Below are positions 1 to 10,191 of a stretch of 40,495 nt of DNA, one piece after another (within the stretch, counting starts at the first letter, position 1; every line of letters starts with the position of its first letter). This DNA is from an uncultured Methanosarcinaceae archaeon (lineage in GTDB: Archaea; Halobacteriota; Methanosarcinia; Methanosarcinales; Methanosarcinaceae): positions 1 through 40,495 of the forward strand of contig CAVRJG010000071.1 of the NCBI GenBank assembly GCA_963721455.1, read 5' to 3'. Made by a program: the position numbers and the translations under genes. The notes under the pieces are model-generated. The model was given only the letters and a program-made list of their open reading frames with translations. It ran no database searches and was not told the DNA's origin.

Positions 1-425
1 TATCTACCCTTGACTGCAGCACTAGGTTTGAAATTTTATAGAGTGCAGAGCTTCAAGTTCTTGGATGCAGGCAGAGTAAAACTAAGGTACGTTTCATACG
101 GTTCCCAAAAAACCCCAGTAGAGATTAATTCTCAAATATATAATAGCTGTTAAAAGAACAGTATAAATTAGCACATTTCTTATATATGCTGGTGATATAC
201 ATAGGAAAAACGAAGCATATGTACAAAGTGTCATAAGCTTGGAAAGAGAATTATATTGCCCTGAATTCTTTGAATGATTTTAAAATACTTAAGTCTCCTG
301 GAATTGCTGAATATTATATTTTATACCTTTGTAGACTCTGTCTCATACCCCATTCAAACCCGGTTGCATCCTATTGAAAATGCACTTACTGTAACTTACT
401 ATAAATACACGGAGGGGGAAAGATT

Positions 426-1752
426 TTGAGAAAAAATATTGACAAAAACCCCGGACTTTTTTCAAGCGTCCAGCAGAGCTCCCAGATCTCTGCCGTATAT
501 GAGATATCGAAGAATTGACAGAAATACTTGTTACCTATTTTAAGCAAGGGATTGAAAGGGGAGAATATTGTTTATGGATTTCCCCGGATGAACTGGCAAC
601 AGAAAGAGCAAAGAATGAACTTGAAAAGGAAGGAGTGGATGTCGAGCACTGCCTCGTTTCCTCTCAATTGGAAATTCTGCCAGCTAATCCATTCCCGGAA
701 AATAGGACACGTCTCGCATCAGCAGTAAAAGAACTTGCAGAGAAGGGATATAAAAAAGCCCATTCAGGAGGCTTTTAGGATTTAGAACGAATTTTGATCT
801 TAAAGATGCTGGAAGTTCTCTTAAACCCTATCTTGAAACTTGCGGGAAGACCGTTGAAACGGTAATTTTCGAAAAAAACAAAAGTCCCACGTTTCTCTGT
901 ACTCTCCCTCTTGAAGAACTTTCAGGTAGCGTGCTGCTTGAACTGATGGAGGAAAACGGCGTTATTATCGAAAGAAGAGGAAAATGGAAGCGCCTGGGAC
1001 AGCTTGAAGGACGGAAGGAACTGGAAAACGCTATTCTCATAGCGAAAAAAGATGCCGAGGCCACTGACAGGGCCAAGAAAGGGCTCATTATGAATATGAG
1101 TCACGAACTTCGGACTCCCCTTAACTCGGTGATAGGTTTTTCCGATCTGCTGCTTGAAGGGGCTTTCGGATCCCTGAACACAAGACAATCAAAATATGTC
1201 AGCAATATTCTCATAAGCGGGAAAAATCTTCTGGAAATTATCAATAATCTGCTTGATATCTCAAGGCTTGAAGCCGGTGAAAGAAATCTTAATTATGAGG
1301 AAATAGATATTGCCAGCCTTATAGGAGAGGTGAGAATGAGTCTTATCTCGCCTGCTTCAAATAAGAAAATCAGTGTAGAGGTGAAAGTAGATACTTCCCT
1401 TGAGAATATCCGGGCTGACAGGACGAAATTGAGACAGATCCTGTACAATCTCATGAGCAACGCTATGAAATTCACTCCTGATAAGGGAAGGGTCATCGTG
1501 AGCGCGTGCAAGAAAGAAGGTGCTCTTAAGATTAAAGTTTCGGACAACGGAATCGGGTTGTCAAAAGAGGATAATGAAAAAATATTTATGCCCTTTACCC
1601 AGGCCGATTCTTCAACAGCCAGGGGATACGGCGGAGCTGGACTTGGGCTGTACATCGTTAAAAACTTCATAGACCTTCATGGAGGAAAAATCTGGGTGGA
1701 CTCCGAAGTCGGGAAGGGCAGTACATTTATCTTTACTCTTCCGATAGATTAG
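426..1752 (+). pseudogene. MEDS-domain sensor histidine kinase, split by two apparent 1-bp deletions (~505, ~776); HisKA/HATPase part (931-1752) is intact
   Basis: GGAGG at 411-415 precedes a TTG at 426. The MEDS-like peptide (AVYE/IEELTEILVTYFKQG..CLWIS..GGF/GFRTNF..FLCTLPL) runs across three frames. Kinase motifs: H-box MSHELRTPLNSVIG, N-box NLMSNAMKFT, G-boxes DNGIG and GAGLGL. Confidence 0.8.
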
Positions 1753-1813
1753 AAAGAAAGCTCTCTCTCCAAAAAGGGAAATTTCCTTTCTTAAAATAAA
1801 AGTTAAAATATTC

Positions 1814-1991
1814 GGCTCTTCGCTGTTTTGTATGGGCTGAAAATAATTTTTCAGTTGAAAAGTAACTACACAAAATAGATAATCATCGGTTTTGAATGTG
1901 ATTCCCCACGATAAATCTTTTCAAATATTATATGTGTTGTATCAAATTTCGAACGTAACTATAAATTACCCACTCGAAATAGCGAAGAGCC
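1814..1991. mobile_element. MITE A (178 bp, non-coding)
   Basis: 17-bp TIRs GGCTCTTCGCTGTTTTG (1814-1830) and CGAAATAGCGAAGAGCC (1975-1991), 15/17 match. Flanks AAATATTC / AAATATAT are a partial TSD. Confidence 0.7.
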
Positions 1992-2001
1992 AAATATATA
2001 T

Positions 2002-2278
2002 CCTACTTTCGGCAGGTCGACATTAAAAATTAGAATATTTTTCTTGATGCCGTTTTTGAACATTCACTAACTATAGATTAGGTTTAAAGCTGGTTAACAG
2101 GTGGCTCAACTCCCACAGCATATATAAATACTAAATCATTTTTTCATTAAAGTTTAGTATGAGAAATTAATAATTGGTCATATGTAAACCTATCAATTAC
2201 ACACAAGTAAGGAGCATTATTTCAAAATCGCCATCAGTAAAATTATCAAAAATTAAACGTCGACCTGCCGAAAGTAGG
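2002..2278. mobile_element. MITE B (277 bp) with IS1634-like ends
   Basis: Perfect 20-bp TIRs CCTACTTTCGGCAGGTCGAC (2002-2021) and GTCGACCTGCCGAAAGTAGG (2259-2278) around an AT-rich, ORF-less interior. Family assignment is inferred from the TIR pattern. Confidence 0.8.
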
Positions 2279-2435
2279 TTCTATCTTAGGGGTCAATTAA
2301 TGAAAAACAGGGTAATTTTGAGACAATATTGCTGCTCCTGAAAAAGTGCGTATCGAAAGATGCTTTTAAGGGGGCATATTCTTAATATCTTAAAGGAGCC
2401 AGCCTTTAAGACAGGGAAATCTCACATATTATTGT

Positions 2436-2873
2436 ATGAATCTGGAGAAACCTTACATCATTTCCGTATATGCCATTCTCCGGAACGAGAAAGGCAAATT
2501 CCTGCTTCTCAGGCGCTCGGAAAACTCTCACAATAACCCGGGCAAATGGGACCTGCCAGGGGGAAAACTGGGTCCGGAAGAAACCCTTGAAGATGCTGTT
2601 GTGAGGGAGGTATGGGAGGAAACCGGGATTTCAATTGTGCCTGGGAAGATTGCAGGGTTTGTAACATTTGAGCTTCCTGAAAAAAAAGTGATTGCCATAG
2701 TCTATAATGGAGGGTACGTCATTGCTGATGTAAAATTAAGCTATGAGCATCTGGAATATTCATGGATCTCTCTTGACAGCATCCTGGAAATGAACACTCT
2801 TCCTGCTTATTTCAGAGATTTCTTTAAAAGGTTTGTCACAGAAAGTAAAAAACCTTCAGAGCCACCTATTTGA
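2436..2873 (+). CDS. NUDIX (MutT-like) hydrolase
   Basis: Nudix box GGKLGPEETLEDAVVREVWEETGI. Confidence 0.92.
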   Translation: MNLEKPYIISVYAILRNEKGKFLLLRRSENSHNNPGKWDLPGGKLGPEETLEDAVVREVWEETGISIVPGKIAGFVTFELPEKKVIAIVYNGGYVIADVKLSYEHLEYSWISLDSILEMNTLPAYFRDFFKRFVTESKKPSEPPI

Positions 2874-2975
2874 CTCAAATAGAGATTTGATAAACCTTTT
2901 TAATCCAAATAAAATCTTTTTTATCTTCTTTATTTGATCTCTTTTTTGAAAATTTTTTCTTTTCGGGAGAGATTC

Positions 2976-3665
2976 TTACTTAAGGTACTCATGCTCAAGT
3001 TTTTTCCTTTTTTTCCTGCTAAGTAGCCAGCTTACAGAGAGGAAGACAAGAACCGCAAAAGCTGCGTAAATTGCTGTACGCAGCAGAGGACCGTACTTAG
3101 TCAACAGTATCGGATCTATGTTGTCCCTCAGTTCGTATTCGGGATACATAATGTCCCGCCTGTCGCTGCTGTGCCCCAATCCCAGGGCGTGCCCCAATTC
3201 GTGTTTTGCAATGGAAAGCATTGTAGCATCGCCGTACTGGCGCCAGGCTTTCCCCTGGTAGTTCCCGGCCTCAAGCACTATATCCACCCTTACAAATCGC
3301 CCATCTGCTACCCTGGGGCTTGCATAGCCTGCAACGCCTGAGGGAGCACCTTCAACGTTCTCCAGGTTTTCGACCCATCTGATCCTGATATCAGCTTCTT
3401 TCGAATCCACAAGTTCAAAAACAGGAGTGTATTCGAGCTTTTCGTTTCCCCCTTCTTCCCAGTATTCCAGAGCTTTTTCTATCTGCGCGTAATAGGTGGG
3501 ACTGTAGTGTTCAGGCACATTTCTGTCATCTATGCATACCGTGATAGGAGAATGGTCCCACGGATGGTCTAAAAGCCTTTCTGGATTCGCTTCAGATGCG
3601 GTCGAAACGGTGGGTAAAATAAGTACCATCAGTAACAGCACAAAGGACAACCTTATCCCATACAT
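2976..3665 (-). CDS. Matrixin (peptidase M10)-family metalloprotease, secreted and membrane anchored
   Basis: Signal peptide, HELGHALGLGH zinc motif, Met-turn DIMYP, C-terminal TM helix followed by a basic tail. Confidence 0.9.
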   Translation of the reverse strand: MYGIRLSFVLLLMVLILPTVSTASEANPERLLDHPWDHSPITVCIDDRNVPEHYSPTYYAQIEKALEYWEEGGNEKLEYTPVFELVDSKEADIRIRWVENLENVEGAPSGVAGYASPRVADGRFVRVDIVLEAGNYQGKAWRQYGDATMLSIAKHELGHALGLGHSSDRRDIMYPEYELRDNIDPILLTKYGPLLRTAIYAAFAVLVFLSVSWLLSRKKRKKLEHEYLK

Positions 3666-3904
3666 GCTGTTTCGATTAATATGAACCGACCTCCATAATA
3701 AATGGTCGTTTGGCCCTGAAAACCTGATGTAACAGTACTTTATATCTCATATAAACTCTGTTGAAAAAGTCCCGTACATATTGATATATGATATTAACTT
3801 CCGGTCAGAGAAAATTGTTTTTCGAAAAATTAATTTAAATCCTGATAAACTGAATTTACAACATTCACAAAAATCGCACTGATATATTTACCGACCGTTT
3901 CTAT

Positions 3905-4399
3905 TTATTTAAAAGTGGCTCTGGAGATATCGCATATCTCACAGTTCGGATCACGGCAGTTTTCTTCTTTTCCCATTTTTTCCTCTTCCTCTTCACCATT
4001 CCCGTCACCCGGAAATTCGGATGCAAGAGCTCTTGTACTTTCAGCAAGCACTGCGGCACTGGAAATGGATGCTCCTATCATAATGGCATAAAATATTTTT
4101 TCTTTCTTGATCCCTCTTCTTTTTGCGACTCTGATATGCATTTTCAGGCAATGCTCGCAACGAAGAGCAGAAGCCACGCCTATTGAAATAAGTTCCACTG
4201 TTTCCGGGTCGAGTTTCTTGAATTCCCTCATTATGGAGTTATCATAAAGTGTTTTCGGGATGAAGATCTCCGGGAGGTCTTTCATGAAGTTCATGATGTA
4301 AGGGACTTCACCATACTGCTTCCGGACATCCTCAAGGAGTTCAGGAACCGCTCTCTCAGGGTCCTTTTTCAAAATTTCCACAATATCCTCAAGTTCCAT
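3905..4399 (-). CDS. Carboxymuconolactone decarboxylase/AhpD-family protein
   Basis: ELISIGVASALRCEHCLKMH (CxxC) motif and C-terminal CRDPNCEIC. Start taken at MELEDIVE. Confidence 0.85.
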   Translation of the reverse strand: MELEDIVEILKKDPERAVPELLEDVRKQYGEVPYIMNFMKDLPEIFIPKTLYDNSIMREFKKLDPETVELISIGVASALRCEHCLKMHIRVAKRRGIKKEKIFYAIMIGASISSAAVLAESTRALASEFPGDGNGEEEEEKMGKEENCRDPNCEICDISRATFK

Positions 4400-4542
4400 A
4401 CGAAACCACCAGCACACATTAACGTGGAAAAAGGTTCCAACGCCGTTTTCCGGGTCAGGCTTTACAATTTAAAGGATAAGTGAAAAGACACGAACCCAGT
4501 AAAAATGTAAAGTTGATAACTCTTAACGCAACAGAATCCGGG

Positions 4543-5475
4543 TCAAATTGCAAAACCAACGTCAGACTTAGATTTGATTTTTATCAATATATAATTTTTC
4601 ATTTTTGATCTGGTAATATTTGCAAGCTCGGAAAGTACGACTCCCTCATCAAATTCCAGCTTTTCAAGCCTCTCATGGAATTCATCATAAGGCAGCTTGA
4701 CCCTGAGCCCGTTAAGCTGGAGGGTAAGTGGGGCAGGCGAAAGCACAGTTCGGATTTCAGGGACCTGGTTTTCAATCTCCTTCATGGCTCTGGCAGGAAG
4801 CACTGCGAGAGGGTCTTTTGCCTGCTGTTTACGAATATTATCAGCAACCTTTCCAACCCCTTCATTAAGTTTGTCAAGGGCGCTAACCTCCTCTGTTTTC
4901 CTTAACCTGTGAGAAGTCCTTCCGATATTTCCAACATAAAGGTCTGCTCCGGGGACTTCCTCGGTTTTCAGGTCAGGCCCGCCTGTAACCACTATAGGTA
5001 TTTCGATGCCCTCGAAGAGTTTTGGCTTCTTATTGATTATACAGTCACTGAATGACCCGAATGTGAAAACTGCAATATCATGTTCGTTGATAAGTTTCCT
5101 TTCGTAGTCCATGGATAGGGATACTCTGCGCCCCATTCCTCTGGCAAGCCCTATCATGTTTGTGTTGGCTCCGGGGTGGCGGAGATACTCGGCTACGTCA
5201 CAGGCTGAATGCGGAAGGTGGTGAGAGGCAAGGGTCGGCGAAACAACTGCAATCTCAACTCCAGTCAGGGGAGCTTCTATAATAATCCCAAGCAGTTCGT
5301 CAGATTGTTTTTTTACTATCGGGACATCTTTTTCAGGGACAAGCATTATGAGGTTGACTTCAGTCCCTGTAATCACTTTCTGGATTATGTAGCCCCCCAG
5401 GTCTTCCAGCAGTTCGATTAAAAGCCCATGCTTGTGGACGCCGCCTGTGTAAAGATAGGGTCGGAGTACGGCCAT
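4543..5475 (-). CDS. mmp7: Methanogenesis marker protein 7
   Basis: GGVHKH, PTLASHHLPHSACDVAEYLR and GLARGMG motifs; operon context. Confidence 0.9.
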   Translation of the reverse strand: MAVLRPYLYTGGVHKHGLLIELLEDLGGYIIQKVITGTEVNLIMLVPEKDVPIVKKQSDELLGIIIEAPLTGVEIAVVSPTLASHHLPHSACDVAEYLRHPGANTNMIGLARGMGRRVSLSMDYERKLINEHDIAVFTFGSFSDCIINKKPKLFEGIEIPIVVTGGPDLKTEEVPGADLYVGNIGRTSHRLRKTEEVSALDKLNEGVGKVADNIRKQQAKDPLAVLPARAMKEIENQVPEIRTVLSPAPLTLQLNGLRVKLPYDEFHERLEKLEFDEGVVLSELANITRSKMKNYILIKIKSKSDVGFAI

Positions 5476-5476
5476 C

Positions 5477-6076
5477 TTACTTTTTCCCTCCTTCCATCAG
5501 TTCTTCGAGCATTGTCCCTGCCTCTTCGATCCATTCATGTTTTAATGCTTCCTCGGATGCTACAAAAATAAAGTGGTTCTCTTTATATAGGTGATAACGG
5601 ACTCTGAAACCCTCTGGAGTGACACGGATCGAAAAATCAACAAGGTTTTCGTGAAGTCTATGCCTGGGATCTGCAATCATCATCTCTTTAAGAAATGCCG
5701 CTTCTTCCTCTGACCTATCCGTACTTATGGCCACAGTCAAGCGGTCCGGCTGGCTGATGTTCGCTTTCCCGTAACGCTCCCACAGTTTTCCCAGTAACTC
5801 TGGAATATATTGCTCTTTTTTGATCAAAATTATTATCTCACCGGCAACCGGTTTTGCTTCCACGTCGGCAATATCAATTGTCGTAACCTTTGTACCTACG
5901 TCCCTTAGGATGACTGCCATCTGAAAAAGGGAATCTTCAGGCCTTAACACTACTTTGATTCTTCCTATCGCCGGGGCAAGCTTGAGATTTGCAAGGTTGT
6001 CCTCTATAATTTTCCTGTAAAACTCCTGCTCCGAAGCGATTGCAGACTCAACAGCAAAGATCTCAAGCGAATCCAT
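5477..6076 (-). CDS. mmp17: Methanogenesis marker protein 17
   Basis: YIPELLGKLW and PEGFRVR motifs; lies between mmp15 and mmp7. Start at MDSLEIF. Confidence 0.85.
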   Translation of the reverse strand: MDSLEIFAVESAIASEQEFYRKIIEDNLANLKLAPAIGRIKVVLRPEDSLFQMAVILRDVGTKVTTIDIADVEAKPVAGEIIILIKKEQYIPELLGKLWERYGKANISQPDRLTVAISTDRSEEEAAFLKEMMIADPRHRLHENLVDFSIRVTPEGFRVRYHLYKENHFIFVASEEALKHEWIEEAGTMLEELMEGGKK

Positions 6077-6083
6077 CTTTTCC

Positions 6084-7331
6084 TCACTCCTCAACAAAGC
6101 CTGAAGCAAGCAGAGCTGCTCCTACTGCGCCTATAAGATGGGAATTCTCGGGCACAAGGACATCGATCTTGAGAAGCTTTCCCAGGGCTTTTGGTACTCC
6201 TTCGATCAGGGAAGATCCGCCTACAAGGATCAGCGGTTCTTTTACATCTACTTCCTGCAACTGCTGTTCGTAGATCTGTTCTACCACACTATAGCAAGCA
6301 GCAGCCGCCACATCTTCAGGAGTAGCTCCTTTGGCAAGAGAATTTACAAGAGATTGGATCCCGAAAACTATACAGTAACTATTCATGGATACATTTTCAT
6401 GCATGCCCTTGACTGCCAGGGCTCCGAGTTCGGTAATGTCTACACCAAGGCGCTTTGAGATCATCTCAAAGAAACGTCCTGAGGCTCCAGCACAGATCCC
6501 ACCCATTGTAAACATTCCAGGAATTCCGTCTTCAACCGAGATTGCCTTGTTGTCCATACCGCCTATGTCAATAACAGTTGCAGGGCCTTTCTGCTTGTTT
6601 GCAAGATAGACAGCTCCCTTTGAGTTGACAGTGATTTCTTCCTGGATAAGCTGGGCTTTTAAATGGTTCCCTACAAGGAAGCGTCCGTATCCGGTAGTGC
6701 CCAGAGCCTGGACTTCTTCCCTGGAAATCCCGGCTTCTTTCAGGGCAAGAGAGTATGCTTCTTCTGCGCTTTCAAGGACTTTTGTTGTGGGCACCCAGCC
6801 TTTACCTATTATTTTGTTGTCCTTCATTACCACTGCTTTTGTAGTTGTTGACCCTGAATCTATTCCTGCAGTCAGTCCTGTCTGGACTTCCCTTGTAAGA
6901 AGGTGCCTGCGTCTGACAATTGTGGTCAGGGCTTCCAGGCGAGTGAGCAGGGTACCTGCACTGGTGCTTTCGGTAAATGAATAGCTGATTACCGGGAGGC
7001 TTGAGTGATTATGTATGTATCTTCTGACCTCATTTCGGACAATAGCCCCTTCTGCACAGCGAAAGCAGGTGGTAATAAAAACTCCGTCCACACTGGTTGT
7101 GCCTTCAACGACAGCCTTTGCCCGTGCCATCATAAGCCTCAGGTCTCCGCTTGCAACCTCAAGCCCGAAATCCCTGCCTATTGTATCTATGGATGCGATG
7201 TCAATCTCAGGGTAAACAAATTTTGCTTTTACCTTGGCTGCAGCAGCTTCAAATTCGGGCTGAACCCCGGCATACTCAGAGCCGCAGGATACCAGGGCAA
7301 TCTTGACAAGTCCAGATTCTTCAGCACTCAT
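6084..7331 (-). CDS. mmp15: Methanogenesis marker protein 15 (ASKHA/CoA-dehydratase activase-like ATPase)
   Basis: [32 protein letters not shown] and CFRCAEG motifs. Confidence 0.92.
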   Translation of the reverse strand: MSAEESGLVKIALVSCGSEYAGVQPEFEAAAAKVKAKFVYPEIDIASIDTIGRDFGLEVASGDLRLMMARAKAVVEGTTSVDGVFITTCFRCAEGAIVRNEVRRYIHNHSSLPVISYSFTESTSAGTLLTRLEALTTIVRRRHLLTREVQTGLTAGIDSGSTTTKAVVMKDNKIIGKGWVPTTKVLESAEEAYSLALKEAGISREEVQALGTTGYGRFLVGNHLKAQLIQEEITVNSKGAVYLANKQKGPATVIDIGGMDNKAISVEDGIPGMFTMGGICAGASGRFFEMISKRLGVDITELGALAVKGMHENVSMNSYCIVFGIQSLVNSLAKGATPEDVAAAACYSVVEQIYEQQLQEVDVKEPLILVGGSSLIEGVPKALGKLLKIDVLVPENSHLIGAVGAALLASGFVEE

Positions 7332-7831
7332 TTCTTGTCCTCCTTTTCTGCCGGTTCTTTCTCTTTCGCCTTTTCATCTTCTTCAGGCTTTTCTTTAGGC
7401 AATGACTCCAGAAATGCTGCGATTTTGCTTACGAAATCGTGGGCTTCCTCGTCAGACTCCGGGTACTTTACCTCCAGTACAGGGACACCTTTTGAGCGGA
7501 TCAGATATTTCATTAGCTCATTTGTGCGGTTACAGCCCACGCAGCCAAAGTTTGTAGGTGGGTTTTCAACTATAATTGCAGCTTCTGTCTCTTCTATAAG
7601 GGGACCTATCAGGGCCATCCTTCCCCTTACTCCAGCCGGCACTTCAATTGCAGCGTATTTAAGACCCAATTTAGGATCTTCAGGAGTGATATTGATAGGA
7701 GGAGAATCCAGGCTGATATTTGTAACTTTTTCTCGTATTTGGTTCATCATGGTAAGGGGTTTGTGCCCGAAACGCTCAACCAGGTCAGCCAGAATAAGAC
7801 TGTTTACTGGGTAAATGAAAACCTTTGTCAA
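7328..7831 (-). CDS. mmp5: Methanogenesis marker protein 5
   Basis: [26 protein letters not shown] and [11 protein letters not shown] motifs. TTG start at 7831 follows a GGTGA RBS. Confidence 0.9.
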   Translation of the reverse strand: MTKVFIYPVNSLILADLVERFGHKPLTMMNQIREKVTNISLDSPPINITPEDPKLGLKYAAIEVPAGVRGRMALIGPLIEETEAAIIVENPPTNFGCVGCNRTNELMKYLIRSKGVPVLEVKYPESDEEAHDFVSKIAAFLESLPKEKPEEDEKAKEKEPAEKEDKK

Positions 7832-7835
7832 AAAC

Positions 7836-8279
7836 TCACCTCGCAAGCTCCTCTTCAATAACTTTTTCCAGGTCAGAAATTTTAAGCCTGCTTTTCTCCT
7901 TGCGTTTTTCTTTTACACATTCCTTTGCTTCCAGTTCATCAAGTGCAGCCCCTATGGCAGGAAGCATCTTCACTTCTTCCCTCAAAAAGTGGAATCCCGG
8001 TCGCGGGCCTCCGCCCCTGCTTGCGCGGCAGCGTCTCTCATCTCCTGCAGGGAATCCCCTATCCTTTACAAAAATATGGTTTTTATCCAGCTGCCGGATT
8101 CTTTCGACTACTGCCTGGACATCCTCTTTAGCTCCTGTTACGATAAGTCCGAAACATGTCTCCTTTACCGTAACCGGAAACTCGGATTCATAAATCTTCA
8201 TAGCTGCATCTGAAGGCAGTACTTTATCCGAACTGATTACAATGTATTTTGTAATCTCTTCTTTTTTTGTTTCAGCCAT
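7836..8279 (-). CDS. mmp6: Methanogenesis marker protein 6
   Basis: VKETCFG and KDRGFPAGDERRCRASRGGGPRPGFH motifs. Start at MAETKK. Confidence 0.9.
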   Translation of the reverse strand: MAETKKEEITKYIVISSDKVLPSDAAMKIYESEFPVTVKETCFGLIVTGAKEDVQAVVERIRQLDKNHIFVKDRGFPAGDERRCRASRGGGPRPGFHFLREEVKMLPAIGAALDELEAKECVKEKRKEKSRLKISDLEKVIEEELAR

Positions 8280-8449
8280 CTTTCGTCTCTCCTTAGCCTC
8301 GGGAGACTTCACCTGCGATAAATCCACACATGCGAATCCGCTCAAGTATCTGGATTATGTTAAAGCGACAACAGTTACAAATGAGTTTACTTACTTGTTA
8401 GCCGGCTTTTAGCCTGGTATCAACCAGCTGATTTGCTAGCTTTAACTTT

Positions 8450-8495
8450 CCTGTTAGCTAGCTTACTTTTTACTTGCCTGTTAGTTAGCTTACTT
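8450..8495. repeat. Imperfect 19-bp direct repeat in the mmp3-mmp6 spacer
   Basis: CCTGTTAGCTAGCTTACTT (8450-8468) and CCTGTTAGTTAGCTTACTT (8477-8495). Confidence 0.6.
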
Positions 8496-8593
8496 ATTAC
8501 TGCGGTCGTATACATCACTTCGTTTATGTATTATTTTTATTATGTGCGATCTCAGCCGTTTTATTTTATTGTTTTACTGTTTTGCTTTTCAGT

Positions 8594-10150
8594 TTACCTG
8601 CGTACAACTTCACTTACGTATATCGCATCTCCTTCGTTGACACCACTGAGTTTCGCAGGCTCGATTATCCGGCCGATAATATTAGTTGAGGAAAATTTTT
8701 CTCCGGTGGGGCCGAAGAGATCATCATCTCCAAGTTTGACTCCTATAATGCCCATCCTTTTTGCTGCCTGGTTTGTGATCCCTATTTCCCCGGCAAATAC
8801 CTTTTCCGTGGGTGTATTTTCGGGAAGGATCTCCTTATATTTCACGACTTCCTTTTCTGTTTTGAAGAGGTAAGTATCGTCATATATCATATAGACAGGC
8901 AGTTTTCCAACCGTTTTTGTCTTAAGTTCAAGAGCGTGACGGAAAAAGTCCACAGATTTAGGGGCTTTATCAGGGTAAAGTTCAATTTCAATGAGTTTTG
9001 TTCTGGATACTGCATAGGCAGTCACCTTTGCTTCTCCAAGAATTTCCAGGGTCGTTGGCGGGTCCTGCCTGACAATTACCGCGTCCTCTCCGGTGTATCC
9101 GTCCTTTACCAGTTCCACTCCTATGGAAGAAAGTACGTGCTCGACCTCCTCAAAGCTATGTCCCAGAAGGACCATCTGTGGAGGAAGGCTTTCGACCGAT
9201 AGTTTCTGTCCTTTTTCTGCAAGCTTGATGAGCTCAATGCCTTTCGTTACCTGCCCTACTACCGAATGCACGAGGCTTGAAGGCCGTTCCTCTCTCGAAA
9301 TATATGTTCTGCCTGTCCCGTATCCGACTGTTCGGACTGAAATGGCACCTTCTCTTCTCGGCTCAAAGTTTTCGTAAGGGGCAGGTTCTCCTTTCAGGCC
9401 ATCATCCGAAACAAATGAACTGGTAGTAACATCTACATTGAGAGTTCCTTCACGGGTTAGGGCATAGAAATGTTCTGCTCCTCGGGGGGCATTTCTAGAA
9501 AGCTCTACCTCAAAATAAGTGAATATGCCGTTTCCATTTTCTAGAGGAGTGGAAAGGTCAGCCGTACAGATTTTTTCTAAGAGTTGTTCCCATTCTATAA
9601 TCGGCTCGATATTCAGAATGCTATCCTCTCTAGAAAGCCTGGACAAAATATTTCTTCCGGTCACAACTGTCGCAAAAACGCCGTCCACAGGAGCCCCATA
9701 TTCTGCAGTATGTCTTTTTCGTGAAAAGATGAGATGAGTATTAAGGGAATCAAAACCTCCTGCTCCAAAAAGGACATCAAACGTTTCAAAGCTCTTTATC
9801 CCGCGCGAAGGCTTAATCTCGGCTTCAAAAGGCCCGAAAGCCAGGGCATCAGAGCTTGCCCAGTGGACAGGTTTCCCTTCGTATTCTTTAAAATTCTCAG
9901 CCCATAATTTTCCTGAAGGTGACTCAGGATTTTTTATTTCTATCCTGAATTCCCCCTTGGGGGTATTGATAGCGTATTCGGTGATTGTTCCTGTCTTTTT
10001 CTCAGCGGTCTCTTTCAGAATTCCGATCGCTGTACCGGCTATATAGGGGGCTCTGGAAACTTTAAGGGCGTCTCCAAGGGTAAAGCCTGCAGGCAAAGTG
10101 TATTTTTGCCCATTCACCTCTACGCTGATCTCATTACTCGTAATCGGCAC
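8594..10150 (-). CDS. mmp3: Methanogenesis marker protein 3 (UPF0288, cyclophilin-like domains)
   Basis: 518 aa directly downstream of atwA; AP.S..FFR, ENTP, GITNQA and GPTGEKF motifs. Confidence 0.9.
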   Translation of the reverse strand: MPITSNEISVEVNGQKYTLPAGFTLGDALKVSRAPYIAGTAIGILKETAEKKTGTITEYAINTPKGEFRIEIKNPESPSGKLWAENFKEYEGKPVHWASSDALAFGPFEAEIKPSRGIKSFETFDVLFGAGGFDSLNTHLIFSRKRHTAEYGAPVDGVFATVVTGRNILSRLSREDSILNIEPIIEWEQLLEKICTADLSTPLENGNGIFTYFEVELSRNAPRGAEHFYALTREGTLNVDVTTSSFVSDDGLKGEPAPYENFEPRREGAISVRTVGYGTGRTYISREERPSSLVHSVVGQVTKGIELIKLAEKGQKLSVESLPPQMVLLGHSFEEVEHVLSSIGVELVKDGYTGEDAVIVRQDPPTTLEILGEAKVTAYAVSRTKLIEIELYPDKAPKSVDFFRHALELKTKTVGKLPVYMIYDDTYLFKTEKEVVKYKEILPENTPTEKVFAGEIGITNQAAKRMGIIGVKLGDDDLFGPTGEKFSSTNIIGRIIEPAKLSGVNEGDAIYVSEVVRR

Positions 10151-10191
10151 CTCATTTTAGTATTTTTCCATGCTAAGAGGTGGCAGCATAT

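Noticed and set aside
776-778. TAG ending ORF 515-778 as a pyrrolysine codon
   Set aside because: The downstream coding sequence is in a different frame. The TAG arises from a frameshift (GGF-S-GFR with one base missing).
7005-7814. Long antisense ORFs (also 19924-20667 and 28555-29322)
   Set aside because: They are shadows of well-supported genes on the opposite strand.
8433-8873. 146-aa hydrophobic ORF
   Set aside because: It is antisense to mmp3 and runs through a low-complexity T-rich spacer.
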